Source: Chloroflexota bacterium
Lineage (GTDB): Bacteria; Chloroflexota; Dehalococcoidia; Lucifugimonadales; JADFKI01
DNA: 64,000 nt
NCBI GenBank assembly: GCA_009840355.1
Contig: VXNZ01000033.1
Location: 14,580-78,579 of the forward strand
Direction: 5' to 3'
This document shows positions 44,730 through 55,593 of this stretch, piece after piece. Under the pieces are notes generated by a model. The model was not told the origin of the DNA, ran no database searches, and saw only the letters and a list, made by a program, of their open reading frames with translations. Positions within the stretch are counted from its first letter, which is position 1. Each line of letters begins with the position of its first letter. A program made the position numbers and the translations under genes.

Positions 44730-46199
44730 TTACGCGCGTTCCATTGCGCCGGCTAGGACGGGGCGCAGGTTGGTGGTGCCCATCAGGTATTGGTCAACGC
44801 CGCGCGCCGCTTCTCTGCCCTCGGCGAGCGCCCAGACTACCAGCGACTGCCCGCGCGCCATATCGCCAGCTGCGAACACGCCATCTACGCTGGTCATCTT
44901 GTTCGTGTCGGTCTGCACATTGCCGCGGCCGTCTAGCGCGACGCCCAGCTGCTCCACGATGCCTTCGCGCTGTGGACTCACGAAGCCCATCGCCAGCAGC
45001 ACGAGGTCGGTGTCTATCACGAACTCGCTGCCCTCTATTCGCTCCATGCTCGGGCGGCCGGATGCGTCGGGCGGGCCCCAGTTGACGCGAACGGCGTGCA
45101 GCTTCTCCACGTTGCCGTTGCTGCCGGAGAAGTGCGTCGTCAGCACATCATAGTCGCGCACACCGCCCTCTTCCTGCGAAGACGATGTGCGCAGGATCAT
45201 AGGCCACTGAGGCCAGGGGTTGTTCTCACCGCGCTCGATCGGCGGCTCGGACAGCAGCTCGCACTGATAGACAATTTCAGCGCCCTGCCGGTGCGATGTG
45301 CCTAGGCAGTCGGAGCCGGTATCGCCTCCGCCCAGTATTACCACGCGCTTGCCCTCGGCACTGATACGCTCATCGTCAGGAATATGCTCGCCGGCGTTCA
45401 AACGATTCTGCTGCGTCAGGAAATCCATCGCGAAATGCACGCCATCCAGCTCGCGGCCGGGAACAGGCAGGTCTCGCGGGATGGTGCAGCCGCCGGTCAG
45501 CACGACCGCGTCGAACTCGCGCGTCAGCTCTTCGCCGGAAATGTCAACGCCCACATTGACTCCGCACTTGAAGATAATACCCTCTGCCGTCATCTGATCG
45601 ACGCGCCGCTGCACGACGGTCTTTTCCAGCTTGAAGTCCGGGATGCCGAGCCGCAGCAGTCCGCCAATGTAGTCGTCGCGCTCGAACACGGTAACCCAGT
45701 GTCCGCAACGATTGATCTGCTGCGCGGCGGCAAGCCCTGCTGGACCCGAACCGACCACGGCGACCTTCTTGCCCGTGCGCTGCGACGGCGATTCAGGGAC
45801 TATCCAGCCTTCTTGCCAGCCTCTGTCCGCGATCGCCTTTTCGATGTACTCGATGGTAACCGGGTCTTGGTTGATGTTCAGCACGCAAGCGGCTTCGCAC
45901 GGCGCGGGACATATTCTGCCGGTGAACTCGGGGAAGTTGTTCGTGGCGTGAAGCTCAGCCAGAGCCTCCTGCCACTTGCCTCGATACACGAGATCGTTAA
46001 AGTCTGGTATCAGGTTTCCCAGCGGACAACCCGTATGGCAGAACGGAACGGCGCAGTTCATGCACCTTGCGCCCTGCTCTTTAGCCTGCTCTTCGCCCCA
46101 ATTGTAGTAGAACTCGCTGAAATGCCGGATTCGGTCGCTAACAGCCTGCTGCGGCGGTCCCTGCCGTCCGTATTCCTTGAAACCCGTTGGCTTTCCCAT
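44730..46199 (-). CDS. gltD: Glutamate synthase small subunit (NADPH)
   Basis: MGKPTGFKEYGRQ conserved N-terminus (start taken at internal Met 46199); VAVVGSGPAGLAAA. Confidence 0.9.
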   Translation of the reverse strand: MGKPTGFKEYGRQGPPQQAVSDRIRHFSEFYYNWGEEQAKEQGARCMNCAVPFCHTGCPLGNLIPDFNDLVYRGKWQEALAELHATNNFPEFTGRICPAPCEAACVLNINQDPVTIEYIEKAIADRGWQEGWIVPESPSQRTGKKVAVVGSGPAGLAAAQQINRCGHWVTVFERDDYIGGLLRLGIPDFKLEKTVVQRRVDQMTAEGIIFKCGVNVGVDISGEELTREFDAVVLTGGCTIPRDLPVPGRELDGVHFAMDFLTQQNRLNAGEHIPDDERISAEGKRVVILGGGDTGSDCLGTSHRQGAEIVYQCELLSEPPIERGENNPWPQWPMILRTSSSQEEGGVRDYDVLTTHFSGSNGNVEKLHAVRVNWGPPDASGRPSMERIEGSEFVIDTDLVLLAMGFVSPQREGIVEQLGVALDGRGNVQTDTNKMTSVDGVFAAGDMARGQSLVVWALAEGREAARGVDQYLMGTTNLRPVLAGAMERA

Positions 46200-46279
46200 G
46201 TATCGGTTCGCCTGCGCTCTCACTCAGCCATTCCTGCGATTGCAGGAATGTCGTGGTTGTAAATGATATGTCGTTCAGA

Positions 46280-49200
46280 TTAGTCCGCGGCAATTGCGGC
46301 TGCGCGCTCCATCAGTATGCGCTTGTAGTCGTGGGGCATCACCTTAACGAACTTGGGCAGCATTGCGTCCCAGTCGTCCAGCACGCGGCGGGCGTTTGCG
46401 CTGCCGGTCTGTTCGTAATGCTCTTCTATCAGGCTGCGCAGTCCGTGTTCGTCTTCGGCGTCTTCCACATTTTCCAAGCCGACCATCTCATGGTTGCAGA
46501 GGGACGCGAAATCGCCGCTCTCGTCCAGCACATACGCCTCGCCGCCGCTCATACCTGCGGCGAAATTGCGCCCGGTCGGTCCAAGCACGACCACCTTGCC
46601 GCGCGTCATGTATTCGCAACCGTGCTCGCCAACGCCTTCTACGACGGTCTCCGCGCCGCTGTTGCGCACTGCGAAGCGCTCGCCCGCGACGCCGCGGATA
46701 AACGCCTTGCCCCCCGTAGCGCCATATAATACTACATTGCCCACGATAATGTTTTCTTCCGGCGTGAAAGACGCTTCCGGCGGCGGTGCGATGACAACCT
46801 TGCCGCCGGACAAGCCCTTGCCAAAGTAGTCGTTGGCGTCGCCGCGCACGCGCATCGTAACGCCCTTCGCGAGGAACGCGGAAAAACTTTGCCCCGCCGA
46901 GCCGCTGAAGTTTATCGTTATCGTATCGTCAGGCAGCGCCTCGATGCCGTGCCGCTTAGCAATCTCGTAACTGAGCGTCGTGCCAACCGTGCGATTGCGA
47001 TTGCTTATCGGCAGGTCGAGCGTCACCGCCTTCTTGGAATCGATGGCGTCCACGCACAACTCGATAAGTTCGTTGTCCAGCGCGCGTTCCAGCCCGTGGT
47101 CTTGCTCTTCACGGCAGTATGTCGCAACCGAGTCCGGCACCTGCGGCATATACAGCAGGTTGGAGAAGTCCAAGCCTTGCGCCTTCCAGTGTGCGACTGC
47201 TTCGCGCGTGTCGAGCCTGTCCATGCGGCCGACCATTTCGTTTATGGTACGGAAGCCCATCTCCGCCATGATCTGCCGCAGTTCTTCGGCGACGAAGAAG
47301 AAGTAGTTGATGACATATTCGGGCTTGCCGGCGAACATCTTGCGCAGTTCGGGGTCTTGCGTGGCGACGCCGACCGAGCAGGTGTTCAGGTGGCATTTGC
47401 GCAGCATAATGCAGCCAAGGCTGATTAGCGGCGCGGTCGCCATGCCGAACTCTTCCGCGCCAAGCAGGCATGCGATTGCCACATCCCTGCCCGTCTTTAG
47501 CTGCCCGTCCGTCTGCACGACGATTCTGCCGCGCAGGTCATTGAGCACCAGCACTTGCTGCGTCTCGGCGACACCGAGCTCCCACGGCAAGCCCGCGTGC
47601 TTGATGGACGATTCCGGCGATGCACCCGTGCCGCCGCTGTCGCCGCTGATTAGCACGACATCGCCGTGCCCCTTGGATACGCCGGCCGCGATAGTGCCGA
47701 CGCCCGCCTCTGCGACGAGTTTGACATGCACTCGCGCGTCGGGATTGGAGTTCTTCAGGTCGTGGATAAGCTGCGCCAAGTCTTCGATTGAGTATATGTC
47801 ATGGTGCGGCGGCGGCGAGATTAGTTCGACGCCGGGCGTGGAGTTGCGCACCCAGCCGATGTACTCGTCTATCTTGTGCCCCGGGAGCTGCCCGCCCTCG
47901 CCGGGCTTGGAGCCTTGCGCCATCTTAATCTGCAAGTCACGCGCGCTGGCGAGGTAGTTGATGGTAACGCCGAAACGTCCGGACGCAACCTGCTTCATGG
48001 CGCTGTTGCGCGAGTCGCCGTTTTCGTCCGGCGTGTAGCGATGGAAGTCTTCGCCGCCCTCGCCGGTGTTGCTACGCGCGCCGATTCGGTTCATCGCTAT
48101 CGCCATCGTCTCGTGCGCCTCGCGGCTAATGGAGCCAAGCGAGATTGCGCCGGTGGCGAAGCGTTTCACGATGTCCGCCGCGGGTTCCACTTCGTCCAAA
48201 GACAGCGGCGTATCCGCCATCTTGAAATCCAGCAATCCTCTGATTGTGCAGAGTTCGCGGCTGAAATTGTTGGCGAAATCCGCGAACTGCTGGTAAGTCT
48301 CGTAATTGTTCGTCTTCGTTGCGAACTGCAGGCGGCTGATAGTGTCCGGATTCCACATGTGGTATTCGCCGTCGCGCCGCCACTGGTAGAAACCGCCGGT
48401 CTGCAAGTTTAGGCTGCTCGTAGGCGAAAGTTGGTGGAATGCCGCTTCGTGGCGCTTGCGGCTTTCCTGCTCTATCTCGTAGATGCCGATGCCGCCGATG
48501 CGCGATGGCGTCCAAGTGAAGTAGTCGTCGATGAATTCGGAGTTCAGCCCCACAGCCTCAAATATCTGCGCGCCGCGATAGCTTTCGATTGTGGATATGC
48601 CCATCTTGGACATAATCTTCAGGATGCCCTTGTCAGCAGCCTTGATGTAATTGTACACGCCGGTCTCGTAATCGACCATGCCCGCTAGCGCGCCGCCATC
48701 TTCCGCCATATCGCGGATTGTCTCGAATGCGAGATATGGATTGACAGCGACCGCGCCGTAGCCAATGAGCACGGCAAGATGCGCGACCTCACGCGGTTCG
48801 CCGGATTCGACGATGAGGCTGACTTTCGTACGCACGCCCTGCCGTATGAGGTGGTGATGCACAGCAGCGACGGCGAGAAGACTGGGAATGGGCGCGTTGT
48901 ACACATCCACGCACCTATCGGACAGGATGATGATTGTGTTGCCCGCTTCGACGGCTTCGTATACTTCGTCGCATATCTGCCGGACCGCGCGTGCGAGTGC
49001 GCCGTCATTCTCGTCTGTGGTGAACAGCGTGCGTATCGTCTTCGCCTTCAAGCCGGGCAGGTCGATTTGGCGTATCTTTTCGAGTTCAGGATTAGACAGC
49101 ACCGGGCGCTTTACGCGCAGTGTGCGGCAATGTTCCGGTGTCTCGGTGAACAGGTTGCGCTCGCTGCCAACGCGCGATTCGAGCGATGTAACGAGTTCTT

Positions 49201-50821
49201 CACGGATCGCGTCCAGCGGCGGGTTGCTGACTTGCGCGAACAGCTGTTTGAAGTAGTTGAAGAGCAACGGGCTTTGTTCCGAAAGAACCGCGAGCGGCGT
49301 GTCGTTGCCCATCGAGCCTATCGGTTCGCTACCCGTTTCCGCCATCGGTTCCATAATCATGCGCATATCTTCGAGCGTGTAGCCAAATGCCACCTGGCGC
49401 GCAGTCAGCCCGCCGTTGGTTAATGTGGGCTGCTCCGGCTCGTCCGGCAGGTCATCCAGGGACACGCGGTTCTCGCGCAGCCATTCGCCGTAGGGCTGCT
49501 GTGCGGCAAGCGAGCTCTTCAGCTCGGCGTCGTCCACGAGGCGGCCATCTTCGGTGTCCAGCATGAACATACGGCCAGGATGGATGCGATCCTTGAACAG
49601 CACATCTTCCGCCGGCACATCCAGCACGCCGGTCTCGGACGCCATCACCAGCAAGTCGTCGGTGGTAACGAGATAGCGGCACGGGCGCAAGCCGTTCCTG
49701 TCGAGCACAGCGCACACCTTCGTGCCATCGGACGCGATGATAAGAGCGGGGCCGTCCCACGGCTCCATCAGGCAGGAATGATACTCGTAGAAGTCCTTCT
49801 TAGCCTGGTCCATCGGCAGATGGTCGCCCCACGCCTCCGGTATCATCATCATCAAGGCATGCGGCAGGGAGCGGCCTGTGGCGAGCAGCAGTTCCAGCGC
49901 GTTGTCGAAGCTGGCAGTGTCGCTCTGCACGCCCTTCGTGACGATGGGCAGCAGCTTATCCAAATCATCGCCGAGCGCATCGGACGCGAACATGCCTTCA
50001 CGCGCCGTCATCCAATTGATGTTGCCTCGCAGGGTGTTTATCTCACCGTTGTGTATCACCATGCGATACGGGTGCGCCAGCCGCCAGGAGCCGAGCGTGT
50101 TCGTGCTAAAGCGCGAGTGCACCAGCGCGAAAGAGGTAACCACACTCTCATCAGCCAGATCGTGGTAGAAATGCTGAAGCTGCGTGGCGTGAATCAGCCC
50201 CTTATACACAATCTTGTTTGGCGATAGGCTGGACACATAGAAGTCATTCCGTTCGTCCAGACCGGACTCCGCAACGGCGTCCTCGAACTGCCTGCGAATG
50301 ACATACAGCTTCATCTCGAAATCGAAGTCAGTCTGCAAGTCTGCGCTGCGTCCGACGAAGAACTGCCGAATAGCAGGCATTACTTCGTATGCTAATGTAC
50401 CAATCTCATTGGGTGATATAGGCACATCACGCCAGCCAAGCAGCGCCTGCCCTTCCTGCTCCACGAAGCTGCGCACTATGCCTTCGACTTGGCGCTGCCT
50501 CGCTTCGTCATGCGGCATGAAAACCATGCCGACCGCGTAATTACCCGGCTGCGGAGGCTCGACGCCAAGTTGCTGCATCTCCTTGCGGAAGAATTCATGC
50601 GGCATTTGTATTAGCACGCCGGCGCCGTCACCCGTCTCCGGGTCAGCGCCCTTCGCACCGCGATGTTCGAGATTGCACAGCACTTCAAGTCCGCGCTTGA
50701 GGATGTCGTGCGATCGCACACCCTTGATATTGGCGACAAGCCCCACACCGCAGGCTTCGTGCTCAAAGCGCGGGTCGTACAGCCCTTGCTTGGTCAAGTT
50801 GGGTATGTATCTCTCGGACAT
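46280..50821 (-). CDS. gltB: Glutamate synthase large subunit
   Basis: 1513 aa; N-terminal amidotransferase starting ...FEHEACGVG; FMN and GXGXG domains. Confidence 0.95.
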   Translation of the reverse strand: MSERYIPNLTKQGLYDPRFEHEACGVGLVANIKGVRSHDILKRGLEVLCNLEHRGAKGADPETGDGAGVLIQMPHEFFRKEMQQLGVEPPQPGNYAVGMVFMPHDEARQRQVEGIVRSFVEQEGQALLGWRDVPISPNEIGTLAYEVMPAIRQFFVGRSADLQTDFDFEMKLYVIRRQFEDAVAESGLDERNDFYVSSLSPNKIVYKGLIHATQLQHFYHDLADESVVTSFALVHSRFSTNTLGSWRLAHPYRMVIHNGEINTLRGNINWMTAREGMFASDALGDDLDKLLPIVTKGVQSDTASFDNALELLLATGRSLPHALMMMIPEAWGDHLPMDQAKKDFYEYHSCLMEPWDGPALIIASDGTKVCAVLDRNGLRPCRYLVTTDDLLVMASETGVLDVPAEDVLFKDRIHPGRMFMLDTEDGRLVDDAELKSSLAAQQPYGEWLRENRVSLDDLPDEPEQPTLTNGGLTARQVAFGYTLEDMRMIMEPMAETGSEPIGSMGNDTPLAVLSEQSPLLFNYFKQLFAQVSNPPLDAIREELVTSLESRVGSERNLFTETPEHCRTLRVKRPVLSNPELEKIRQIDLPGLKAKTIRTLFTTDENDGALARAVRQICDEVYEAVEAGNTIIILSDRCVDVYNAPIPSLLAVAAVHHHLIRQGVRTKVSLIVESGEPREVAHLAVLIGYGAVAVNPYLAFETIRDMAEDGGALAGMVDYETGVYNYIKAADKGILKIMSKMGISTIESYRGAQIFEAVGLNSEFIDDYFTWTPSRIGGIGIYEIEQESRKRHEAAFHQLSPTSSLNLQTGGFYQWRRDGEYHMWNPDTISRLQFATKTNNYETYQQFADFANNFSRELCTIRGLLDFKMADTPLSLDEVEPAADIVKRFATGAISLGSISREAHETMAIAMNRIGARSNTGEGGEDFHRYTPDENGDSRNSAMKQVASGRFGVTINYLASARDLQIKMAQGSKPGEGGQLPGHKIDEYIGWVRNSTPGVELISPPPHHDIYSIEDLAQLIHDLKNSNPDARVHVKLVAEAGVGTIAAGVSKGHGDVVLISGDSGGTGASPESSIKHAGLPWELGVAETQQVLVLNDLRGRIVVQTDGQLKTGRDVAIACLLGAEEFGMATAPLISLGCIMLRKCHLNTCSVGVATQDPELRKMFAGKPEYVINYFFFVAEELRQIMAEMGFRTINEMVGRMDRLDTREAVAHWKAQGLDFSNLLYMPQVPDSVATYCREEQDHGLERALDNELIELCVDAIDSKKAVTLDLPISNRNRTVGTTLSYEIAKRHGIEALPDDTITINFSGSAGQSFSAFLAKGVTMRVRGDANDYFGKGLSGGKVVIAPPPEASFTPEENIIVGNVVLYGATGGKAFIRGVAGERFAVRNSGAETVVEGVGEHGCEYMTRGKVVVLGPTGRNFAAGMSGGEAYVLDESGDFASLCNHEMVGLENVEDAEDEHGLRSLIEEHYEQTGSANARRVLDDWDAMLPKFVKVMPHDYKRILMERAAAIAAD

Positions 50822-51024
50822 GTCCGTGCCTCTCGTCGGTTACCTTTTACATCATAGGTGTAGGTAGGTATTGCCCCTTATAGAGGGGGAAATATAATGT
50901 GGGGAAATCGCGGCTCTCCGGTGCATGGTTGCGCGGGGAATTGCGCACTACACGTAGGCGGGAATTAGGATTTGCGAGAGAATCGAAACGCCGCGTCCGT
51001 AGTGCGATTGCCGAGCCGCCGGCG

Positions 51025-52362
51025 TTATAGCACCGGCAAATAGTGCTCTTTCTCGTAGTCCGCCACGCGGCTGTGATAGTTCTCCCACTCTATCTTCTTA
51101 TTCTCTATGAAGCTGTTGAACACAGCCCCTCCCAGCGCGTCTTGCACGAGTTCACTTCGTTCGGTGATGCCAATTGCCTCCCACAGATTGGCAGGCAGCG
51201 CCTCGATGCCAAGTTCGTCGCGTTCCGCTTGCGTCAGGCGAAGGGCGTTCACCTGCGCGGGCTGCGGGAATTCGTAGCGATTCTCGATGCCCTTTAAGCC
51301 AGCCGCCAACATCACGCTGAACGCCAGATACGGATTGCACGCCGGATCGGGCGAGCGAAACTCGATGCGCCGCGATTCTTCCCTGCCCGGCTTGAAGTCG
51401 GGCACACGAATGAGGTCGGCACGGTTGACAGTTGACCATGTAACATAGGTCGGCGCCTCGAACGCTGGCACGAGGCGCTTGTACGAGTTCACCCACTGGT
51501 TAGTTACGGCGGTAATCTCGCGGGCGTGCTTCATCAGCCCTGCGATGAAGAACTTCGCCGTCTCGGACAGATGGTGTTCGTCATCGTCGTCGTAGAAGGC
51601 GTTCCTGTCGCCTTGGAACAGCGACTGGTGCATGTGCATGCCGCTGCCGTTCACGCCGTCCAGCGGCTTGGGCATGAAGGTCGCGTAATAGCCGTTCTGC
51701 CGCGCGACCTCTTTGACCACCAGCCGATAAGTCATAATCGTATCCGCCATGGTGAGGGCGTCTGTGTGGCGCAAATCGATTTCGTGCTGGCTGGGCGCGC
51801 CTTCCTGATGGCTGGATTCGACAGGGATGCCGATGTCTTCGAGCGTCAGGACGGTCTGGCGGCGCAGGTCGGTCGCATCGTCGCCGGCGCCCTGCCCGAA
51901 GTAGCTGCCCCTGTCCTCGGTAACCGTGCCCTTCGCGTCTTTGAAATAGAAGTACTCTATTTCCGGGCCGACATAGTATGTATAGCCGAGTTTCGATGCG
52001 TCCGCGAGGTTGCGCCTGAGCACGGCGCGCGGGTCGCTTTCGAGAGGTTCGTCGTCGGGCGTGATGATGTCGCAGAACATGCGCGCAACGGCGTTCTCGC
52101 GCGGCCGCCATGGCAGCACGTTGAAGGTGTTCGGGTCGGGCAGCGCGTACATATCGCGCTCGTCCGAGCGCACAAAGCCTTCAATCGCGGAACCGTCAAA
52201 GCCCATGCCGCGTGTGAGCGAGTGCTCGAGTTCTTCGACTGTGATGGCGAAGCCCTTCAGATTGCCTAGTATGTCGGCGAACCATAGACGAATAAACTTG
52301 ACATCGTTCTCTCGCGCCTCACGCAGAACGAATTCAGTCGCTTCGTAGTCTCTCGCTAACAT
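51025..52362 (-). CDS. glnA: Glutamine synthetase type I
   Basis: 445 aa; FDGSAIEGF, NGSGMHMHQS motifs. Confidence 0.95.
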   Translation of the reverse strand: MLARDYEATEFVLREARENDVKFIRLWFADILGNLKGFAITVEELEHSLTRGMGFDGSAIEGFVRSDERDMYALPDPNTFNVLPWRPRENAVARMFCDIITPDDEPLESDPRAVLRRNLADASKLGYTYYVGPEIEYFYFKDAKGTVTEDRGSYFGQGAGDDATDLRRQTVLTLEDIGIPVESSHQEGAPSQHEIDLRHTDALTMADTIMTYRLVVKEVARQNGYYATFMPKPLDGVNGSGMHMHQSLFQGDRNAFYDDDDEHHLSETAKFFIAGLMKHAREITAVTNQWVNSYKRLVPAFEAPTYVTWSTVNRADLIRVPDFKPGREESRRIEFRSPDPACNPYLAFSVMLAAGLKGIENRYEFPQPAQVNALRLTQAERDELGIEALPANLWEAIGITERSELVQDALGGAVFNSFIENKKIEWENYHSRVADYEKEHYLPVL

Positions 52363-52485
52363 GTCAGCCTCTTTATGATCGCCACGCTCGCCGATTGCGG
52401 CATGTGGGCATGCACGAATATCAGACAGCCGTGCCTGCGGTGATTGCCATGATACTGCTGCACGCCTGTAATTCGCGGTTGAGAT

Positions 52486-52514
52486 AGTATATCAGTTTGT
52501 GAAAATTGTGTCAA
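52486..52514 (-). promoter_or_regulatory. Near-consensus sigma70 promoter of glnA (long leader, ~120 nt)
   Basis: Minus strand: TTGACA - 17 nt - TATACT. Confidence 0.55.
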
Positions 52515-52697
52515 TCTAATGCGCGGAAGCAAGCGTACATGGGCAGCAGGCACCACATTGCCAGCCTAACTCTTGCTACGACTTCATTTTGACGCGAAAG
52601 AAGCCTGCGCAATTCCATCCCCGGCGCTGCACAGGCTTCGGTTCTTCGGCTATGACAGCCGTCAATTTATCATCATATCGTCAGGAATGCGCCGGCG

Positions 52698-53708
52698 TTA
52701 CGCCGATGCCGCCGAGCCGACGGTGTTGATGATGAGTTCCGTAACCTTGTACGGATCCATGTTGGCGTTGGGTCGCCTGTCCTCGATGTAGCCCTTGCCG
52801 TCGCGGGCGACCTGCCAAGGTATCCGAACGGACGCGCCCCTGTCGGAGACGCCGTATTTGAATTCCTTGTAGGATGCGGTCTCGTGGAGGCCGGTCAGCC
52901 TCTGTTCGATGTCCGCGCCATAGTTGGCGATATGCTCTTCGTGGTTGCCGCCAAGCGCCTCTGCCGCGGCAATGCAGGCATCGTAGTTCTCGCGCATGGC
53001 GTTCGTGGAGAAATTGGTGTGCGCTCCGGCGCCGTTCCAGTCGCCTTTGACGGGCTTGGGATCGAGCGTGGCGGCGACGCTGTGGCTCTCACCGATGCGA
53101 TACAGCAGCCAGCGCGCGATCCAGAGCTGGTCTGCCACTGCGGGCGAGCCGACGGGACCGACCTGGAACTCCCACTGCGCGGGCATAACTTCGGCGTTGA
53201 TACCGGAGATTTCCAAGCCGGCTGCGATGCAGGCGTCTAGATGCTCTTCGACTACCGGGCGGCCGAACACTTCGTCCGAACCGACGCCGCAGTAGTAGCC
53301 GCCCTGCGGTGCGGGGAAGCCATTCTCGGGCCAGCCAAGAGGCTGCGACCTGACGCCGGTGAAGAAGGTGTATTCCTGCTCGATGCCGAACCAGAAGTCC
53401 AGGTCGGCGTACTTCTCGGCGGCAGCTGCGCATGCTGCGCGCGTGTTGGAGGGATGCGGGGTCATGTCCGGCAGCAGCACTTCGCACATCACCAGCACGT
53501 TGTCGCCGCCACGGATCGGGTCAGGGCAGGTGAACACGGGGTTCAGCACGCAGTCCGAGTCCTCGCCGGGCGCCTGGTTAGTACTGGAGCCGTCAAAGCC
53601 CCACACCGGCGGCTCTTCGCCGACGGGCACAACTTTGCCCTTAGAGCGGAGTTTGGCGGTAGGCTCGGTGCCGTCCACCCAGATGTATTCCGCCTTGTAA
53701 ACATTCAT
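52698..53708 (-). CDS. glnII: Glutamine synthetase type II (eukaryote-like GSII)
   Basis: MNVYKAEYIWVDGTEPTAKLRSKGKVV start typical of GSII; 336 aa; AGGAGG upstream. Confidence 0.85.
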   Translation of the reverse strand: MNVYKAEYIWVDGTEPTAKLRSKGKVVPVGEEPPVWGFDGSSTNQAPGEDSDCVLNPVFTCPDPIRGGDNVLVMCEVLLPDMTPHPSNTRAACAAAAEKYADLDFWFGIEQEYTFFTGVRSQPLGWPENGFPAPQGGYYCGVGSDEVFGRPVVEEHLDACIAAGLEISGINAEVMPAQWEFQVGPVGSPAVADQLWIARWLLYRIGESHSVAATLDPKPVKGDWNGAGAHTNFSTNAMRENYDACIAAAEALGGNHEEHIANYGADIEQRLTGLHETASYKEFKYGVSDRGASVRIPWQVARDGKGYIEDRRPNANMDPYKVTELIINTVGSAASA

Positions 53709-53820
53709 TCCTTGCCTCCTGTTGGGACTATATGACTAGAGCGCCTTAACGGATTATCGGTCCGCCATGTCGGGCGGATTGGCGTGTGATACGCTGCCGC
53801 AAATCGGTTTAGACAGCAAA

Positions 53821-53854
53821 CCAGCGAGACTTTCATGTGATAAAGCCTCGCTGG
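53821..53854 (-). terminator. Strong hairpin between the sORF and glnII (possible attenuator or processing site)
   Basis: On the minus-strand RNA: CCAGCGAG-G-CUUU [AUCACAUG] AAAG-U-CUCGCUGG, 13 bp including one G-U. Weak U-tract. Confidence 0.45.
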
Positions 53855-53899
53855 TAATTTTACAAGATTTATGGCTGATTTCCAATTATTCAGCCGGGA

Positions 53900-53992
53900 T
53901 TACTTACTGCGGTTCCTGCGAACCGCGCTGGGAACAACCACCCACAAGGCGAACAACGCGGCGAATGCCACACCTGCTAGCATCAACTCCAT
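53900..53992 (-). CDS. 30-aa hydrophobic sORF upstream of glnII
   Basis: GGGAGG-7nt-ATG; MELMLAGVAFAALFALWVVVPSAVRRNRSK*. Below the track cutoff. Confidence 0.45.
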   Translation of the reverse strand: MELMLAGVAFAALFALWVVVPSAVRRNRSK

Positions 53993-54061
53993 AATAACTG
54001 CCTCCCGTGATAGAAGAATGTGTCTGTTGTGTATGAGTTACAAACCATTTTGCGGCAGGCA

Positions 54062-54100
54062 TGTTTCAAGCGTGTTACGCAATTGTTACATCGATGTTAC
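54062..54100 (-). promoter_or_regulatory. Four 11-bp-phased GTAACA/GAAACA boxes (GlnR-like operator array)
   Basis: Minus strand: GTAACA-tcgat-GTAACA-attgc-GTAACA-cgctt-GAAACA, about 70-105 nt upstream of the sORF start. Confidence 0.55.
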
Positions 54101-54220
54101 ATATTGCCGATTAACCAGCTTGGATACGCAGGATGGACAGGATAGGCTTCGTCGTGCCGTTTCCTGCCCATCCCGTCCCGTTACTTGTCCATTGACGCTA
54201 GCCGGCGTTAGCTTTGTCGA

Positions 54221-55528
54221 TTACTCGGCTACCGGATAGGCGACCGTGCCGTGCTCGTGCTCGTCCAGGCCGTCTTCCTCTTCCTGCTCATCAACGCGCA
54301 AGCCCATAGTCAGGTCTAGCACCTTGAATAGTATGAAGCCGCCGCCGAAGCCCCAGACTATCGCGGCGACGATGCCGACTATCTGCGGAATAATCTGCGT
54401 GAAGTTGCCGACTACCATTCCGGTTACATCGTTATGTCCGGTGGCAAAGATGCCTACCGCGAGCAAGCCCCAAGCGCCGCAGATGCCGTGCACCGTAACT
54501 GCGCCTACCGGGTCGTCCGCCTTCAGCACATTCTTCACGAAGCTGACGCCGAAGATCATTATGATGCCCGCTATCAGACCGATGACGACCGCCCCCCAAG
54601 TATCGACGTATGCGCAGCCGGCGGTGATGCCGACCAGACCGGCGAGCGCGCCGTTCGCCGCCATCTCGATGTCTGCCTTGCCTGTGCGAATCAGCGTTAC
54701 ATATATCGCGGCTGTCGCGCCGGCAGCGCCGGCGAGCAGCGTGTTGACCGCGTTCAAGCCGAGCGTCGCGGAGTTGATGTTGAAGCCGAACCAGCCGAAG
54801 AACAGGATGAAAGTGCCGATGACCACATACGGAACATTGTGACCGCGAATGGTGATGCCCTGCTCCCAGCCCTTGCGAGGACCGACGACCATCGCGCCGG
54901 CGAGCGCAAGGAAGCCGCCAATCATGTGCACGACGCCGGAGCCTGCGTAGTCAGCGAAGCCCATGCTTGCCAGCCAGCCGTGGTCGCTCCATGCCCAGTG
55001 TCCGTAGATTGGGTATATAAGCGCGCCGACGATGAAGCTATACGCGAAGTAGGCGTTGATCTTCGTGCGCTCTGCCATCGCTCCGGCAATAATCGTCGCC
55101 GCCGTGCCAGCGAAGACCATCTGGAAGAACCAGCTCACGAGGTCGCCGTCGTTGAAGTTAGCGAGGAAGAAACCTTCCAAGCCGATGAAACCTGCCGCCG
55201 CGCCGCCGCCGAACATCAGCGCATAGCCGAATGCCCAGAAGCCCAAAGACGCGATGCAGAAGTCCAAGAAGGACTTCGTCATGTAGTTTACGGTGTTCTT
55301 GGCGCGGATGAGTCCGGCGCCGAGGAAGGCAAAGCCTGCCTGCATGAAGAACACCAGCGCCGCCGCGACCACCAGAATCGCGTTGTCCAGCGTGCCCATA
55401 ACCTCTTCGGCGCTCTGTGCGTATGCGATGCCGCCGCCGCCCAGCACGATGCCGACAGCCAGCAGCCCAATCATCAGCAGGCGCATTTTCAAGGTCGTAG
55501 GCTTCAACATAGCCCCCAATAAAGTCAT
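54221..55528 (-). CDS. amtB: Ammonium transporter
   Basis: Amt family, polytopic (AGFAFLGAGLIRAKN, AGSGVVHMIGG). Start taken at MTLLGAML, preceded by a GGAAGGGAAAGAGAG purine tract. Confidence 0.9.
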   Translation of the reverse strand: MTLLGAMLKPTTLKMRLLMIGLLAVGIVLGGGGIAYAQSAEEVMGTLDNAILVVAAALVFFMQAGFAFLGAGLIRAKNTVNYMTKSFLDFCIASLGFWAFGYALMFGGGAAAGFIGLEGFFLANFNDGDLVSWFFQMVFAGTAATIIAGAMAERTKINAYFAYSFIVGALIYPIYGHWAWSDHGWLASMGFADYAGSGVVHMIGGFLALAGAMVVGPRKGWEQGITIRGHNVPYVVIGTFILFFGWFGFNINSATLGLNAVNTLLAGAAGATAAIYVTLIRTGKADIEMAANGALAGLVGITAGCAYVDTWGAVVIGLIAGIIMIFGVSFVKNVLKADDPVGAVTVHGICGAWGLLAVGIFATGHNDVTGMVVGNFTQIIPQIVGIVAAIVWGFGGGFILFKVLDLTMGLRVDEQEEEDGLDEHEHGTVAYPVAE

Positions 55529-55593
55529 CTCTCTTTCCCTTCCTTTCATGTAGTGTATGAGAATGACACGATGGGGAAAATCTACGCCACCAA

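Noticed and set aside
52363-52697. Glutamine riboswitch, or NtcA (GTA-N8-TAC) sites, in the glnA leader and at the phased boxes
   Set aside because: No sequence resembling the conserved glnA-RNA core was seen. The boxes do not give GTA-N8-TAC. The glnA upstream region lacks the 11-bp array altogether.
54246-55553. Plus-strand ORFs of 198 and 362 aa
   Set aside because: Antisense to amtB.
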